Shown here piece by piece: positions 62,094 through 64,000 of a stretch of 64,000 nucleotides of DNA (its first letter is position 1; each line of letters begins with the position of its first letter). Origin of the DNA: Squalus acanthias (Eukaryota); assembly GCA_030390025.1 (NCBI GenBank), contig CM059432.1, positions 149,546,001 to 149,610,000 of the forward strand, in the 5' to 3' direction. The translations under genes were made by a program, and so were the position numbers. A model generated the notes under the pieces. That model saw only the letters and a list, made by a program, of their open reading frames with translations. It had not been told where the DNA came from and made no database searches.

Positions 62094-64000
62094 TGATATG
62101 GACATGGTACTGGTACTGCAGCTCAGGCCTCAAGACATGTGTGACTGCTTCAGGAAGGTGTTTATTCCAGACTCTACCTCATTAGGGTTGGATTAGAGGC
62201 TGAAGGGAAATTTTCAGAGTCTACAGTAAAGTAACTGGTCTCATCCATCTCAAATTCTACACAGGGAAGCACCAGAGGGGACAAGTTGGGCACATGTATT
62301 CCTGCAGTCTAAAGTACAGCCCTTCTGAAAGCCTACGCATTCACAAAACACTCCAACTACAGTCTTTTGCTGTAGATTTCCACAATTAATTTATTTTCAC
62401 TGCAAGAAAGTTCTCGGATACCAGAAACAACTGGAAGAAATCCTCGGTCCGTTACATTTTTAGCTTTGATTCCATTAACGAACATTACATTTTATTTTGT
62501 CGTGAAAAATAGAAAAATATTCAAGACTTTTGATACCTGCAGAAGAAAAAGAAAAGCAAAAAGAGGGAATGTTCTGTGGGTTTCTGAAAAAAAATAATTC
62601 AGTTGAATGCTATCTGAACTCAATGTCTGAACAGCCGAACATGATATTGGGATCATTTATCGAATTGAATGTATAAATTACCCCTATTTATCTCGTGTAT
62701 TCCCAAAACGCAGGTTGCAATTCAGTCTGTTTCATTATAAAAAGAAAAGTATATTTTCCCAATGACTGTTTGTCTAGCAGAATTGCCCAAGGTCTAATTA
62801 GCTCAGATGATTGATATCATGCTGTGAGTGGAACGATGCTGTAATGGAGACTGATACATACAGGTACAATCTTGTCAGCATGAATTGACTGAATTCTAAG
62901 AAGGAACACAAGTTAGAACAAAAACAGACATTCCCAACAGCCAATAGCAGCACACCAAAAAGAAAGACTTGCACTCACATTGCTCCTTCACATCTCTTGA
63001 GAAACATCCAAAGGGCATCTCGTAAATTAACTTTTTGTAATGTAGACAAAAATGGTAGCCAATTTGTACAAAGCAAGATCCCATGTTGTCAAATAGGCAA
63101 ATACGGCAGCTAATGTGCGCTGGGTCTTTTTTGCTTTTATAAATCCTCCTTAAACCACATGAATCAGAAGGGTTGGGTTCAGGCCACACTCCAGACGAGT
63201 GGAGCCTGATCACTGACTCTGAATACTGGATTAATATCCAGCGGCAGTATTTGCATCTGAGGGATGCAGGCGCCCCCCCCACCCCCGGCATCGTAAAGGG
63301 TAGGTGGGGTTATTTAGCCTTGGTTACCGGCCACCTAGGAGAAGGTATTTCGAAGATAAAAACCGTGAGACAAGGAATGGGAAACCACCTCCGCTACTGT
63401 TCCCCAGTGAGTGGCTCAAGAATCTCATGTATGAGATGAGTTAGGACCTGCCTCTAGGGCAGAACACAACAGACAGATGAACAGTGATAGTAATGGGGCT
63501 GTTCAAGCCACTGTGAACTTCGAATTTGACATTTACTTTAACTAAATTCCACTGGATAATGAACAATCAGCACATCTGCAATAACATTCATGAGAATGGG
63601 GGATGTGGACTGGCAAACACTTCAAAGAAAAATCACTCTGATTAATATTTACTTAACGTATAAAATTGGGTCTTTGATTCAAAGTATTTTGTCCCATTTG
63701 TTGTTTTCTTCTTGGGGGGTTGGGGAGGGATGGGGGGAGAAATGGCTGTTTTCTTTTCCTCGATTTTGCTTTCCTGAATTCTCCTTAAACCATTCAGCGC
63801 GATCAGACCGGCTCTCTCATTGTTACAGAACCAGGGCTGCCACTTCTCTATCATTCATGTTACACTATCGCACAAAGTCCAAATGACCCCCGTAGAGTTA
63901 ACACACCGTAAAGCTTTATCTTTTGTAATCATTAAAAGAATTCCTCGCCCAAGGTAAGGGTAAAGAACTAACAGAATCAAATGAAGAGAGGATCGGAGGA

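Overview
Eukaryotic, transposon-saturated intronic or intergenic DNA. The repeat mix (many CR1 LINEs, Deu-domain tRNA SINEs, L2, RTE, Tx1, Neptune-type Penelope-like elements, PIF/Harbinger elements and their MITEs) points by inference to a cartilaginous fish (shark). No host protein-coding gene can be called with confidence. The recognisable ORFs are decayed transposon fragments, often nested two to four deep. The main non-coding signal is two families of minimal type-I hammerhead ribozyme (HHR) motifs. Family A (CTGACGA-A-GGGTC-ATC-GACCT-GAAA-CG-TT) lies in the pseudo-LTRs (pLTRs) of two Penelope-like elements and in short solo pLTR insertions with 12-17 bp target-site duplications (TSDs). 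Family B (CTGACGA-A-GGAGC-n-GCTCC-GAAA-GC-TT) lies in three 177-224 bp non-coding fold-back elements, each with an exact 12-bp TSD. Two of them carry the motif on both strands and the third folds back within the ribozyme's own helix II. One solo insertion also captured about 75 bp of neighbouring genomic DNA. All coordinates were read by eye, so boundaries of old repeats are approximate.
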